Source: Camelus ferus (lineage: Eukaryota). Taken from it: a stretch of DNA of 64,000 bases. The DNA lies in assembly GCF_009834535.1 (NCBI RefSeq), contig NC_045707.1:63924001-63988000 (forward strand), given 5' to 3'. The translations under genes and the position numbers were made by a program. Positions 35,276 to 48,500 of this stretch are shown one piece after another. The notes beneath the pieces are model-generated. The model searched no databases, was not told where the DNA came from, and saw only the letters and a list, made by a program, of their open reading frames with translations. Numbering within the stretch: the first letter of the stretch is position 1; each line of letters starts with the position of its first letter.

Positions 35276-36953
35276 CTTATTCAGCATTGTACCTCCAGTA
35301 CTGTGGTTCTCAACTCTATTGGACCCAATTATCCCTTTAATACCAAATATTTTATAATGCTGCACCCATTACATTTAGATAAAATTCATAAAAATATAGC
35401 CTATCTACAGACATCATTTCAAAGAAAAAGAATCAACATAATGAACTGTAAAGGAGAAATAAAATTAATTTATAATCAAGGGACATATGTGATGCTCAGA
35501 TGTGACTGTCCTAGGAGAGAGTTCTATGAATGTGTTAGATGTTTGCCTTCACTTTTAATGAATAAGGTTGGATGTGAAAGAAATAACACGATTAGAAGTT
35601 ATTCTGATACTAGAACAGGGAAATGAGACTTGAGGTCCAGATGGATACTAGAGTAAGATCTGTAGTTAAGACATACAACAGATTATCCTCGTTTTATATT
35701 ATATGGGAAAGAAGGAAATACCTTTATTAAAATAAAGATAACACGCTAAGACATACTGTAGGTGTTGCAATGAGAAAATCAGAAAGTGTTACATTCTCAC
35801 AGATGAGTATGGGTATTCTCATAAATGAGTATTTCTTACAAATAAGAGCATATCAAAATCATTCTCTATTTTTTATGAGATAGGACTGAAATACCACAGA
35901 GAACCTTCATCCTATCTCAAAGTTCCATCACATGCTGGGGTGAGTGTTTGTTCTCCAGGATTTCAGGAGGCCCTGGAGAGCCTACCACAGGCAACAGGGA
36001 ATTGAGGTTAACTGGGGGAAAAAAAAAGTTAATGATACAGCCTTCATGGAAGTTGGGGGTAGACTCTGCTGGCTAGTGGAAAAGCAAGATTAAAAAAGCA
36101 GCAGGCCACCTCCACATCAGTCAGTCATTGTGTATTCATCACAATTTCGATTTCCTGTGAGTTTATAACTTTTATCTTAAAGAAAGGAAATAGAATCATG
36201 TTATTTCCTTTGAGAGGAAACTTCCCTGGTATGACTTCCAGCTTGTGTTACCTATCTTCTCTACCTAGGTCTCTTTTTGTTCAACACGGAATACACTGAA
36301 AGAAAATTAAGCAACAGGTACTGGAAGAAGGAGGTGTCAATAATAATGAGCTTTCTGATTAAAAAAATTAGGAAGTTGGATGTTGAATAATAAGAAAGTC
36401 CATTTTTTACAAGTCTCAGTGAATTAACATTTCTCAATTAAACAACGACTCATTGCATCTACTATGCACTAGGCTTTTCCACATCTATTCACAAGTGGAA
36501 CACAAACTTGACTTTTTCTTTTTTAGCTGATCTTTATTCAGTGCATCCTGAGGAAACAGATTTTGCAAATAGTTTGAAGCTGTGATCTCATTATGTCAGC
36601 ATAATAGTAATTTTATTCACTTGAATCAAAATGACTCCAGAAACTCTCCCCAACTTCATAACACAAAACTAAATGGAAATACTCTTTCACAAGTTTGAGT
36701 TGGTAAGTTGGTTATGTAGAAGCAAACAAATTTTGGTACTAGAAGGCAGATAAGGAAGAGAGGAAGTTTTTTCACACACAGAATCCAGCCAGGTATAACA
36801 GGGTTCTAAGACATCAGTGTAGACAGACTGGAATCGAGATGAATCATCCCGTGGCTCGAAATAGTTCATTAGAGGAACTCAGGCCTTACAAGTTAATTAG
36901 CATCCACTGGCACTAAAATCAGAAATAGAACAAACAATACTCGGTTTACTTAC

Positions 36954-37025
36954 AGAACTTTAAGGCTGTAAAGGCCAGCAAATGCTCCCTTGGGAATGTG
37001 TGTCAAAGCATTTCCGGCAAGACGT
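36954..37025 (-). CDS. LGR5: LGR5 exon 3 (72 nt): RLAGNALTHIPKGAFAGLYSLKV
   Basis: Acceptor cag and donor gtaagt; one LRR; manual translation. Confidence 0.97.
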
Positions 37026-37309
37026 CTGTGGGTTTCAAGGGAGAGGAGAGACAGTCAGTATAACCCTCTTCACGTGGAATTCATTTAGTCGTTAAAAACG
37101 CAATACAGTTGTGTTCAGACCACAAATGCCAACAGCAACTGTAAACTACCCTGTTTTGTCATACTTTGCAAAAAATTTCTGTAAATCTCTACTCAAAGAG
37201 CTGGTGAAAGAAGGGCCAAAGAAGAAATATAATAAATTACCTCATTTACAATAAATCCTTTTATAGCTTACAGTTTTATGTATATATAAAACTCTCCTTT
37301 AAAAATGTT

Positions 37310-37810
37310 TATACAATAGTTAGGCAAGGAGAGAGGGAGGGAGCCCTGGGCGGTGGTTGTGAAGGTGATGGGCTATTGTTACAGACGAGATGGTCAGGGA
37401 AACCTCTCTGCTGAGAGGGCGTTTCAGTGAAGGACGAGTCACGCAGGTACCTTGCGAAGGAAACAGTAGTACAAGAGGCTTGAGGTGGGAGGGTGCCTGG
37501 CGTGGCCCAGAAACTGCAAAAAGGCCAGCATGGCTGCAGTGAGGGGACCAAGGGGAAAGAGACGAGGTGAGGCTGGAGCGGTGTCCGGAGCCACCTCACG
37601 CAGGGTTTTGGAGGCCACAGTGGGGACTTCGAGCTGGGCAGTGATGCGATCAGTTCTGTGTTTTCCAAGGGTCCTTCTGATGGGACCCTTTTAAAGAAGG
37701 GGAAGAGCCTTTGGGGGCAAACGTGGAAGCAGAGGAGGTGATTAGAGCTGTTCAGACGGGAGCTGCTGGCGCGGTGCTGCCTGGGTGGAGGCGGTAAGTG
37801 GTGGAGTTTG
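37310..37810 (-). mobile_element. L2 relic (source of track ORF 37309..37839)
   Basis: ggtcagggaaacctctct and aggccagcatggctgcagtg motifs. Confidence 0.7.
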
Positions 37811-39805
37811 GTGTTGAAGAAAGAAAATCCCACATGCAAACCACCAGGGTCAAGGTGAAACGTAGGCAGCCAGAAAAAAAAAAAAAAGAAAAACCCACCA
37901 CATTTTATATTTATGGTTGTATTCTATTTAACCCACACGCATTTGATTAGTTATCCGAAGTGCTAGATGTAATACTGAAGGACACGATTTGTGTATGGCT
38001 GTGCTATCAGACTCACTTAATGAATTAAGACAGATCAGGTGTGGCTGGAGATCGCAGGTGGCTTAACTGATCAGACCCCACTGACCAGGAACTGTTACTT
38101 CAGCCCAAATGTCCCTAATGATCGTGTTCGCAGCCATGACTCCAGCAGCACAGCTCTGGAGTCCTAGAACAGAGCCTGTACGTGGGGGCTTATCGACTCT
38201 TAACCGTAGCTTGATGGTTTCTGAGTCATTGACTTTGGAAATGAAAAGGAGAAAGTGAAAACGTTTCATTTATTTATTTTATTAGTGGAATTATTGTCAG
38301 GGGAAATACCTTTCTGTTACATTTCCTGAAACATAGCTCACTCATTTCACATGGACTGTTTTTCTTTTCTGGGCAAGGACTTTCAGAGCCTCAGTCGGTA
38401 TTCAGAACTAATCTGTGGAGCCACTGACCTGTGTTACCAGGGGAGCTTGTCTTAAAGCAGAGGAATTTATGATGGGCTATTAGCTCTTTGCTGGGCTGGT
38501 GGAAGATCTATCTCGTTGTCAAAAGCAGTTTAAGGAAATCATTGCATCCTTCCCCTCATTTCTTTACCATGTGGGATGGTTTTAGCAATTTTAAAATTAA
38601 ATACATATAAACTCTAGGGAAAGAAAGACTTTTGAGTACACAAGTGGTGAGAACTGCACACAAATCTCTCTCACAAAGATTTGAACTAACAAATCTCTGG
38701 GTGACTATGTTCCAACCCTAGAGACCCACATGCCATTTGGCTGGGAGATTTTGTTTTTGGTTTCTTCCCTCTGTTTCTAAAATTATTTCATGAAAATATC
38801 TTTCATCATCTTCATTTCTGAATAAGATAAGACTTAACAGTTTTTCTTCCCATTGGAGAAAAAAAGCATCTTTCCTAATATGCCTCAAGAAATTGTGATT
38901 TTCAAAAACTGGGGAACCCACGTACCTTCCCACAAGAAGTTAAGCATGTCTACTTGGTCAAATCCAGCCCCAAATCATTCTTTCTTACGTTGTGAATTTA
39001 TGAACTGTCCATTTTGTTTTCATTTTACATGAGATAGAAAAACATCATATTTCAAGGTTTAAGAGCTAAGACCACTGGCTTGACTAAGTGAACTCTTCAG
39101 CGCAGCAGGGAGATCTTTAGTGGACATGTGACCCTATGGTTTCTTTAATCACAGACTAATGAATTTCAAGTTTCAACTCCTTTGTGACGTCTTCCTTAAT
39201 TACCTCAGTCCACAGTTCACTTTCCTGTAGGACGTATTCTATACAATGCTATTTATAAAGGTTCATTTCCTCCCACTTTATATGTAGTCTACCTGATTTG
39301 ATTATAATCTTACTGCCTGCCCAGAACAGGGAGCTGAATCAGTATTTACTGATGGATCATTTGATTGTATTTCCAAAGACAGTTGGCCTCAGCGTCAGAA
39401 CTGCTTCAGGTCTGGCATCGCTCGTCCAGCAGGGCTGGTTAGCCATTACATAACTAGATCAGAAAGCTGAAGAATATCCCGTCTTCATTATGCATCGGAT
39501 TTAAGCTTAGCAATTTATTTGAGCCCTTTCAATATGCCACGTACAGTGCTTTGGGGCATATAAATAGCATGTACCTTTTGTAAATCAGTTGATAAATTCT
39601 AGGCACAATGCTAAGTACTTTATATACATTGTGTTATTTAAATGTTTTTAAAAACCACATTAAACAAATGACATGACTCTTCCCCTTTGACTAGTCCCCT
39701 GGGCTTAAGGGAGGTTAAGTTTATTTGCTCAGGCTTACGTACGAATGTTTACACAAGAGAATTTGGGTCAACCATAGCATTTTGGCTCCAACATTTGAAT
39801 TTTTA

Positions 39806-39958
39806 TTTTTTTGTTTTAAAATTTTTTTTTTGGGAGGGGCAGGTAGTTAGGTTTATTTATTTATTTAATTTATTTATTTTAATGGAAGTACTGAAGATTG
39901 AACCCAGGACCTCATGCGTGCTAAGCATGCGCTCTACTACTGAGCTATACCCTCCCCC
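39806..39958 (-). mobile_element. Vic-1-like SINE, copy 3
   Basis: TSD catttgaRttttta at 39792-39805 and 39959-39972. Confidence 0.9.
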
Positions 39959-41417
39959 CATTTGAGTTTTTAAACATCTCTTTGGTTAAAGCAGGTTGGT
40001 CTGGAGCTTGGGTTGATCAGGAGCAACCAGTCTAAAACAGGAAAAACACAAGGACACAGATGGCTGCCTTACTGGAGGTACCGGCTGTAAGAAAACTGTT
40101 GCTTGCTGCTTCTTATTCAAAGTCCTCCCACTGCCTCCTGGATCCCATACACTCTTTCTGCTCTCACCACTACCAGCAGTTGTCTTTCTCTCTTCTTCTT
40201 GCTAGCCCTTCTTTTAATGCTCATTCACCAAACGTAGATATTCTTCACGCTTCTGTCCTCACACCTTGTCTTTTTCTTTATCTAGCAGCACTCAAACTTC
40301 AGCACGTGCTACCATTGCCTTAGAAGTCGCCAAAAATTCAGATCCCCTACACTAAACTAGGCTTAGTGAATTAGAGTTTCTGGGGGAAATGATTCAGGAA
40401 TCCGCTTTCTAATAAACCTCTCAGGTGATGTTAGCACGGGTAGAGACCCACACTGGGAATCAGAGCCCAGACCCTCTTTCAAGGTCCTCATCTGCCCCAG
40501 CACCTTGCACAGTCACCTCTTTGTGAACAACTCTCCAGTCGTCTCTAGGGCAGTGTCGTCGTGCTCCAGGCTCACGTTCTGACTTAGTTATTGATATTTC
40601 CATCTGGATGTCCGGCTGGTGCCTTGCACTTGGTATATCCAGGACCAGACATCCTCTTGCCTCCAAAGTAGCAGTTGTTCCCTTTGAATTCCCTCTTTTT
40701 ATCGACTGTGCCTTACCAGTGTCCTAGCACCTAATCTTATAACCTTACTCAGAGACATCTTTCGCCCTCAGACCTCCTTTCGGATCCTACATTTAAGTCA
40801 ACTGATGAGTGCCTGACTGTATTCCTTTGCTGTGAAGCTTCCATATATTCCAGTGGGCCTCAGCCCCTGTAGAATTTAAAAGAATTATTTTTGGATCTCC
40901 ACTGAAACCCATTAAATCAGAATCTCTAGGAACAGGCCCTTGTAATTTGTAGGTTTATAAATAATGCCTACTGAAGGTGGGAAACTCTGAAACAGTCCTC
41001 ACAGTTTCACAGTGATAAGATCATCCAGAGACCTTCCTGATCTCCAACCCCAGAGACAATGATTCATTCACTCATTGTTGGGAGCATCAGGAGAGGTGAT
41101 TAGTTAATAAATTTTAAGTTATCCAGAGGAGACAGTAAGAACCTGAACTAGGTGGTGATGAAACAGAGTAAACCAATAGGAAAGACAAGGCAGAGTTGTG
41201 AGCGCTAGGACTTGGAAATTGGCTCACATGGGAGGTGAGAAAGAATAACAGATGCAAAATCAGTGACAGACCCAGTGATCACTAGTTTGGATAATCAGAA
41301 AGCTGATGGTGAGAAGTGACGGCAGGAGAAAAAGCTTGTTGTGGGGGTGGTGTGTGTGTGCAGGAACGATCTGGTTCTGCACCTGCCAGGTAGGTGGACG
41401 CGTCACTCAGGTCGTCG

Positions 41418-41808
41418 ATGTTTCACAAAGTGTGGTCCCTAGATTCGTAGAATACATTTCACCTGAGGGTTTGTTGTAAATGCAAATTCTTGACATCCTC
41501 CCCGCCCACCTTCAACCTGCTGGAGAAACTCTGCGGCAGGGCCCAGCGATGTGCAGTTCGCGGGCACTGTAGGTGATTCTGCTGTCACTAGAATTCGAGA
41601 ACCAGTAGCCTCAAGTAGTAGTCCTTAGCCTTGATCGTGCATCAGAATCACCCGGAGAGCTTGTTAAAGGCAGTTTCCTGAGCTCAGTCGCCAGAGTTTC
41701 TGATTCCCGAGGTTGGGGTGGGGTGCTTGGGCTGGGGTTTGCATCTCTCCCAAGCTTACATGTGGTGCTAGTGCTGCTGGTCCAGGGACCACACTTTGAG
41801 AACCACTA
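41418..41808. mobile_element. Two adjacent MER5-like elements interrupting an L2 relic
   Basis: Two units ending gagaaccagt / gagaaccact; catcagaatcacc and gctgctggtccagggaccacactttgag motifs. Confidence 0.75.
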
Positions 41809-41889
41809 GCAGTCAAAAGACAGAAGAGATCTTAAGCAGAAATACAGATCTGGGGGTCATCTGTATAACAGAGGTAGTTTAGATCTTGG

Positions 41890-42590
41890 GTTTCTTTCCC
41901 AGACAACTGCAGCCATCTCTTAATGCGTCTGTGACCTCCTGACAGGTCTCTCGGCTTCCATAATTCCGCAATCTATTTTGCGTACAGAAATCAGAGAAGT
42001 CTTTATAAATTGTAAATCCTATTTATTTCAGTAGCGGCATACAATCCACTCATGACTTCCCACTGCCATTCCCACTCTTATTTGAATTCTCTATGTAGCA
42101 TGATCAGTCCTGCGTGATCTGGCCTTTTCCTCCCATTCCAACTCTGTCCCCTCCCCTCCCTCTCACTCTACGCGGGCCACACTGACCTTCTTTCAGATCT
42201 ACAAACATGTCACATTCTTTCCTACCTCAGGGCCTCTGCTCACACTATTCCCCTGCTAGAAACACTCTACCCCGGCTCTTAGGACCACCGACTCCCCCTC
42301 ATCCTCCTGATCTCAGTTCAGATGTCACCTTCTTAGAGACACTCTCCCTCCTTGTCATCCCTTGTGATTTATTCTCTACTTAACCATGTTTGTGTTCTTT
42401 ATCACGCTTGTCACAACCAGCACATATCACACGTGCCTCTTTCCTTGCTGATCATCTGTCTCCCCCTCTACATCGTAAGCTCTCCTGTTGCGGGGGTGGG
42501 GACTTGCGGACTGAATGAATGAAACACAGCAAGTCTTATTCATCCTCATGTTCCCATGGGCTCGATAAATCCATGTTGAATGAATGAACT
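41890..42590 (+). mobile_element. L2 3' relic
   Basis: cctacctcagggcctctgc motif; tgaatgaatgaa termini. Confidence 0.72.
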
Positions 42591-42759
42591 GAAGAGGACT
42601 GAGAAAGGAGCCACTAAAAATAAGCGCAGAAATTTAGGAATGTCTATATTTTATAGGAGTTGGGGGTGGAGGAGAAAGGAGGGCTAAGTAGAAAAAGAAT
42701 GGGAGGCAGAGCAGTGGGATACGTGCAGAACAGTGCCCTAATTGTCATAACAAATTGTC

Positions 42760-43174
42760 ATATATACACACACACAAACACACAGATACATATACACACA
42801 TACAGACATGTATACACACATATACACACACCCACACACATATACACATATGTACACATATACATACACAAAACACACACACATACACACATAGATACAT
42901 ATACACACATACAGACACGTATACACACACATCCACACATCCACATACATATACACATATGTACACACATACATACACAAAACACACACATACATACACA
43001 CATAGATACATATACACACATACAGACATGTATACACACATACACATACACCTACACACCTACACAAAAACACAAACGCACACATACACACATACATACA
43101 CAAACACACACACATACACGTATACAAACACCCATATATCCACATCCACATACATACACACACGTACATACACA
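42760..43174. repeat. CA/TA-rich low-complexity array with ~110-bp higher-order period
   Basis: agatacatatacacacatacagaca recurs at 42784, 42893 and 43004. Confidence 0.93.
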
Positions 43175-45041
43175 AGGACAGATACAAAAATGTCTATATC
43201 TAGCTGTATGAATAGACATTTGGAAGAGAACCAAATTAACTGCCATAAACTAACACTAGAGAAAAAAAAGAGTTTCAAAGGGGCGGCATTTTTTTCTTTT
43301 CATTTCTTATGTTTTAAAATGATTCATTTAAAAATTAAAAAAAACTTTTTATACGACTTTTAAAGTTACAGAGGCAGCATTTAGAATCAATCGCCAGCTC
43401 ATGAAGAGGGGAACCTGAGCACTGGGACAAGGGCAAAGGGTCAGGAAGATCACTCATGGGCAAGAAGGAGCTTGCCTTTCCGTACCACGACCCAGACTGT
43501 GGATTACAGCTTACCAAAGTTCCTTTACCATCATTTCATTTGATCCTCAGACAAAACTCTCAAAAGACAAGCTGGACAGGACTCCCTATTTGCAGCAGCA
43601 TGAGGAGGAAGCAGAAGTAGCAGGCACAGACTGGGCTTTCGGGAAGTTTGGTGGTATTTCTCACTGCTAATCCCATCTGCAATAGTACATATCCACTGTT
43701 TACACAGAGATTCTTCAAGGCCAACCATAATACGAGCAAACAGTTCCAGGGAACAATAGTGACTTAAAAACGGACCTCCCTAGAGCTTCTCAGGTTTCCT
43801 TCCTAAATTGAGTATTTGATTCCAATAGCATTCGAATCTGGGAAGATTTGAAAATACTACTTGGAAACAAAGGCCTTTACCTTAGACTGTTTAAAATGGT
43901 AACAATTCATTTTCCCCTCTGGTTTAATCAAGCTGCCAATCTAAGTTTAAAGGAACTTGTAGACGTCAGATCCGCCATTAGCTCCTAACATCTCAACCAC
44001 GCTTCACGGGACCAAAGGTAGGACCTCTCAATTGTCCAAACAGCGAACATTAACAGGAAGTCCCTAGTAGAACCAAATACACAGAACTGGGAGAGATACT
44101 GTTGGAGAGAAACGCAATCATTGCGCAGGATGTTAGAGCTTGGTGAAAACTCTCTGCGTTGGTCGCCTATACCCATTAAAGCTCATAACTGGAAAACGGC
44201 TTTTTCTTCACAAATCCTGGGCCCCTGGGGTTACTGCAAAATCAAGCTCATGAAATAGGAAAGAAGGAAGTTAGAATCTTCTTGAAAGTGTTTTCTTTTC
44301 ACGAACACAACTCAGTATGTAAATTATAGTTTGCCAAAGTTCTTTCATCATTGCTTCATTTGATCCTCAGCATCTCAAGACACAGGCAAGGGCTGCCCTC
44401 ATCATCATCCCCTGAGGCCCAGGGAGGTCACCGGATTATCAGTTAGCAAGCGGGCAGAGCCAGAACAGGAGTCCTGGGCCTGCTTCTGCCTCTAGATCAG
44501 TATCTCCTCTCTACACAGCACAGTCTAACCACATTCAGATATGGTGGGTTTTTTTTTTTAAAGGCTCTCTCTTTTGATTGCGCTATCACATTGCACCAGC
44601 AGGACGTCTGGCCTGCGTATGTCTGGTCACCTTGCAGAGTCATAAAACATAAATAACGAACAACCAACATGAAACGTAAGTAACAAGACTTGAATGTACC
44701 AAGACATGTGACAACGGTAATAAGTGTTCCGGAACGTCACGGGGAAGAGACGGAGACCGTTAACTGTGATGGCTTTAATTCTTCTTAAATAGTCACTTTC
44801 TCCAAGGTTACAATAGATTAAAAAAAATATGTCAGTGAGGCCTCTAAGGCTTTACTGATTCTTAGAGGATTCTGAAATCAGCACCAGGGATGGGTGAGAG
44901 ATGACTACATTTCTCTACACAGTTTATATCACATAGTTAGAGGGAGTAAACTAGAGAAATGATGTATTGGGCAATTAGAGCCAAGGGGAAGAGTGGCAAC
45001 TTGGCTTTGTTAATAGTGATTAAAAAAAATTGAGTTTTATG

Positions 45042-45149
45042 AGGGGAGGGTATAGCTCAGTAGTAGAGTGTGTGCTTAGCATGCACGAGGTCCTCAGTTC
45101 AATCCCCAGTACCTCCATTAAAAAACAAATAATTTACCTTCCTCCCCCC
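45042..45149 (+). mobile_element. Vic-1-like SINE, copy 4 (only plus-strand copy)
   Basis: A box tagctcagtag, B box gttcaatcc, AGC anticodon-like loop; TSD aaaattgagKtttatg at 45026-45041 and 45150-45165. Confidence 0.9.
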
Positions 45150-45771
45150 AAAATTGAGGTTTATGGTTAAGAGTTTTATTAATATTATTGAGACTATTAG
45201 TAGCAGTTTCCTAATGAATGGATAAAGAATAAAGCATAGAGATGAGCTGAATAAACTGAATGAAAGAATACTTTGAGAACAGTAAAATTTAAGTGTTTTA
45301 TTTTAATTTACTGGTCTAATTCATTTGTCATAACAAGAGATACATGACATACACACATGCACAACAACAGATGTCTAGCTGTATGGATGGGCATTTATTA
45401 GTTCAAGTAGAATACCATATAAAACATGCTGCTTGAGTAACGTGTAAAAATATTAATGTTCCTGTTAAGCAATGCTAAATTGGTGAAATTCTGCACCTGA
45501 AAATTCTGATGATACGCCAACATATGATGAATTAATAACCTGAATATCCGATCTCTCTGGGCTGGGTAGACAGCTCTTTCTTACCTTCTGTCTCACTCTA
45601 TTTTTCTCATCCCCTCACATATACCCAGACGCAGACAGATAAACACACCTATCATTATGAAACTCAGTTCACAACACTTTAATGTGTTCAGCTTGCAAAC
45701 CACTGCACTCAGTACTATTGGGGGAAAGCAAAGCACAGAAAATCATGCACAATTCCTACGCCTCCCTCTGT

Positions 45772-45910
45772 TTTCTTTCTTTTTTTTGGTGTGAAGGTAG
45801 GTAATTAGGTTTGTTTGTTTGTTGTTTGTTTATTGGAGGTACTGAGGATTGAACCCTGGACCTCATGCATGCTAAGCACGCACTCTACCACTGAGCTATA
45901 CGCTCCACTG
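45772..45910 (-). mobile_element. Vic-1-like SINE, copy 5
   Basis: Same head; (CAAA)n tail variant; ends approximate. Confidence 0.87.
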
Positions 45911-46250
45911 TCCCCCTGCATGCTGAGTATGGCTTTAAAGTGACCTTGGGTTCTGACACGAATTCCATTGTCTTGGGTAAATTCCTTGTTTTCTCTGTAC
46001 TTCAGTTGTTTTTTGTTTTGAATCTTGAACTGGGAATAATACTACTGTCTAACTTTATGGGGTTGTTAGGAGGATTCAGTGGGATAAAACATTCTGAACA
46101 GTGCCTGTCACAGAGTAAGCTCTATTGTTGTCATACTTACATTATTACTTTGAAGATCTTATATTCCAGAGGAGAATATAGACTTAAACACAAGTAAGTC
46201 TAATAGAAACAATCAGCACATAACAAAGGCATCACCAAAAAGCTCTGCTG

Positions 46251-46254
<4 letters not shown>

Positions 46255-46280
<26 letters not shown>
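46255..46280. repeat. (TG)13 microsatellite
   Basis: Perfect dinucleotide run. Confidence 0.95.
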
Positions 46281-46281
<1 letters not shown>

Positions 46282-48428
46282 AACCTACGATGGCCTAAAT
46301 TTAGCCCTGGGAACAACAGAATGAACCAAGCAGAGCTGATCATTTTTCCAGGTTCTATAAATACTATCCCCTTTTGCCACTAAGGGAAAAATGATGTCTT
46401 CAAAACATCAGTTAGATGCAGCGCAGAATTATATATGGGAAAGTGGTCTCTCTTTTAAATGCAGCACGTCAGCCAGCTCAGCAGAGGGAATTTCAGAGCC
46501 GAATGAGAAAATGGAATGAATAATCTTTAAAGGGTCCCCTCTATTTCTGACATTCTATGATTCCATGCTCAAGATACTTGATGGAGTTTCCAGAGACATA
46601 AAAATAAGACAATTCAGAAAAAAAATAGCATTTTCAAATGGTAGTTCCCTCCTCTTTTTTTTTCTCAATTATCTTTTGAAGAACTGGTCTTGGATGAGAA
46701 TTAACATTCACCCCATGAAGAAACAGAAGTCATTCTGAATGAGTTGGGTCATGGAGGGAGGAACTCTATTAAACAGAGTCCTTGGGGGAAGTGAATTATT
46801 TATTGGTTTGGTCTGTGGTCTAAAATTGAGGCGTTGTGTTTTGAGGGAGAATGGAAGCCTTTTGTCATTGTGTATTACAAGGAAATTTAAGAGAAAAGCA
46901 TTGGGAATGCATAGTTTGGGAATATGGAGGTAAACAGGACTCAGTATTCTGTACTAATTATGGTGGGGAAGGGAGGAAGAGAAGAATATAAAAAAGAAAA
47001 AAAAAACCCTGACATTTGAAATTTACTAAAAATAATTTTTAAAAATATTGGTTAATGTCAACTAAATCTGTTACTTTTTTCTAAGGCAGCAAACAAGTAT
47101 AAGAAACTCTTTTTACATGTTTTGCTTTCTCATCAGTTTATTCATCAAAAATGTATTGATTATTCATTACACACTATGACAGACATGGTCCTAGCCCTGA
47201 CGAGGGTCCACTTTTTAGCAACAGAAATGGCCAGAGAGAAAATTCAAGAGGGAAAAGAGGACCCTTGGACAACCCAAAGTGAAAACCCACTATTTGAATG
47301 ACAATCTAGTCATCTGAGCCCTTGATGACCATCTGGGCATATTCAGCTGATTTCAGTAGTAAAACAATAGCATTTGTTAAAAATGTAATGCCATCAAAAA
47401 TAAATATAGATCCAACTCTAAAGGGGAGAAACCTGAGAATATTATTCCCTCGGAAAATAAATGATCGATGCAGTGTAATTTGGTTGTGATGGACCGTTCT
47501 TTCCACCTCCCAAGGTGGATCGTGTGGTGCATCGACAATTTAAATTACTCCCCAAATTGGACCCTGACTCTAGGAAGTATTTTCAAAAGAGGTCATTGCC
47601 TAAACAATTCCTTTAATCAACAGTCAGAGGATTTATTTAGCGGATGGTGCCAAACTCTCTTCATGAGGACGAGGACGGTGCATCCCTCCCTGGTCCCGTC
47701 CCTCAAAAGGGGAAGATCAAATGAATTTTTAAATGCAGATTTTGGTTTATAGAGTTCTTTTTCATCTTCTAGAAAGTGATTACCAGACTTAATCAAGATT
47801 CTTCTGTGTATCATTAGCTAATTTTAGCTTCCTCCTTTAAAAAAAATTGATTTTTTTTTTTTTACACTGAGTTTGGGAGAGACCAGTTTTAAGTCTTCTG
47901 TAGATTTCACGTTTTGCTGTTCAAGCCTTCAGGGAAGCTAAATTTAAAAGTCGGAAAATAGTAATTAAAAGTGATTAGGACAAGAAGTTTTGGTGCTGCG
48001 AAATGTGGACTCAATTCTCCCTGTGACAAGCCGGACTAAGCGGCAGTTTTTGGTTTTGATTATAGCTTTACTTGCTATTTTAATAAACATGAACCAGTAT
48101 TCAAACGTTTAATATCCTGCTGCTTAACTATTTCCAAAGAGCCATCCAGCTCTTTTAAACAGGCTTTGTTTTAAAATTTTAATTTGTTTGGCTCCGTCTC
48201 ACCTTAGAACGTCGTAGCCTCATGGTAAACTCTTTTATAAGTTGATTTCCAGAATCATAAGCTATCCTTTCTTCTCCCCTCCCAACTAAGTGTTTCCTCA
48301 TGTGCCAAAATTGTTGGTGCTGACAGCTTCCCTGCCTTGTTTTATCTGGTTCCCATAAGTAAGTATGAGACAGATACAAGAACGTGTCCAGCGTTGACTG
48401 GACGCATCACGTCACCGGTGATACTTAC

Positions 48429-48500
48429 AACTCCTCTAGGAAACGGAGACCGTGCAGAGGATTCGGGGCCAGCTGACTGATGTTGTTCATACTGAGGTCT
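48429..48500 (-). CDS. LGR5: LGR5 exon 2 (72 nt): DLSMNNISQLAPNPLHGLRFLEE
   Basis: Acceptor cag and donor gtaagt; manual translation; NIS sequon present. Confidence 0.96.

Noticed and set aside
35300..35620. Possible hAT-Charlie fragments (also about 51430-51770)
   Set aside because: Only terminal-like motifs were recognised, so the family and boundaries cannot be supported without a search.
42660..43363. Overlapping 64-202 aa His/Thr- or Cys/Val-rich ORFs
   Set aside because: They are translations of the CA/TG low-complexity array, which is naturally poor in stop codons.
45042..45117. Possible tRNA-Ala(AGC) gene
   Set aside because: It has stem mismatches, a SINE tail, a TSD and five sibling copies in the window.
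1937..48500. Assignment to LGR4 or LGR6, or to a pseudogene
   Set aside because: The peptides match LGR5 closely as recalled, and all exons are intact with canonical splice sites.
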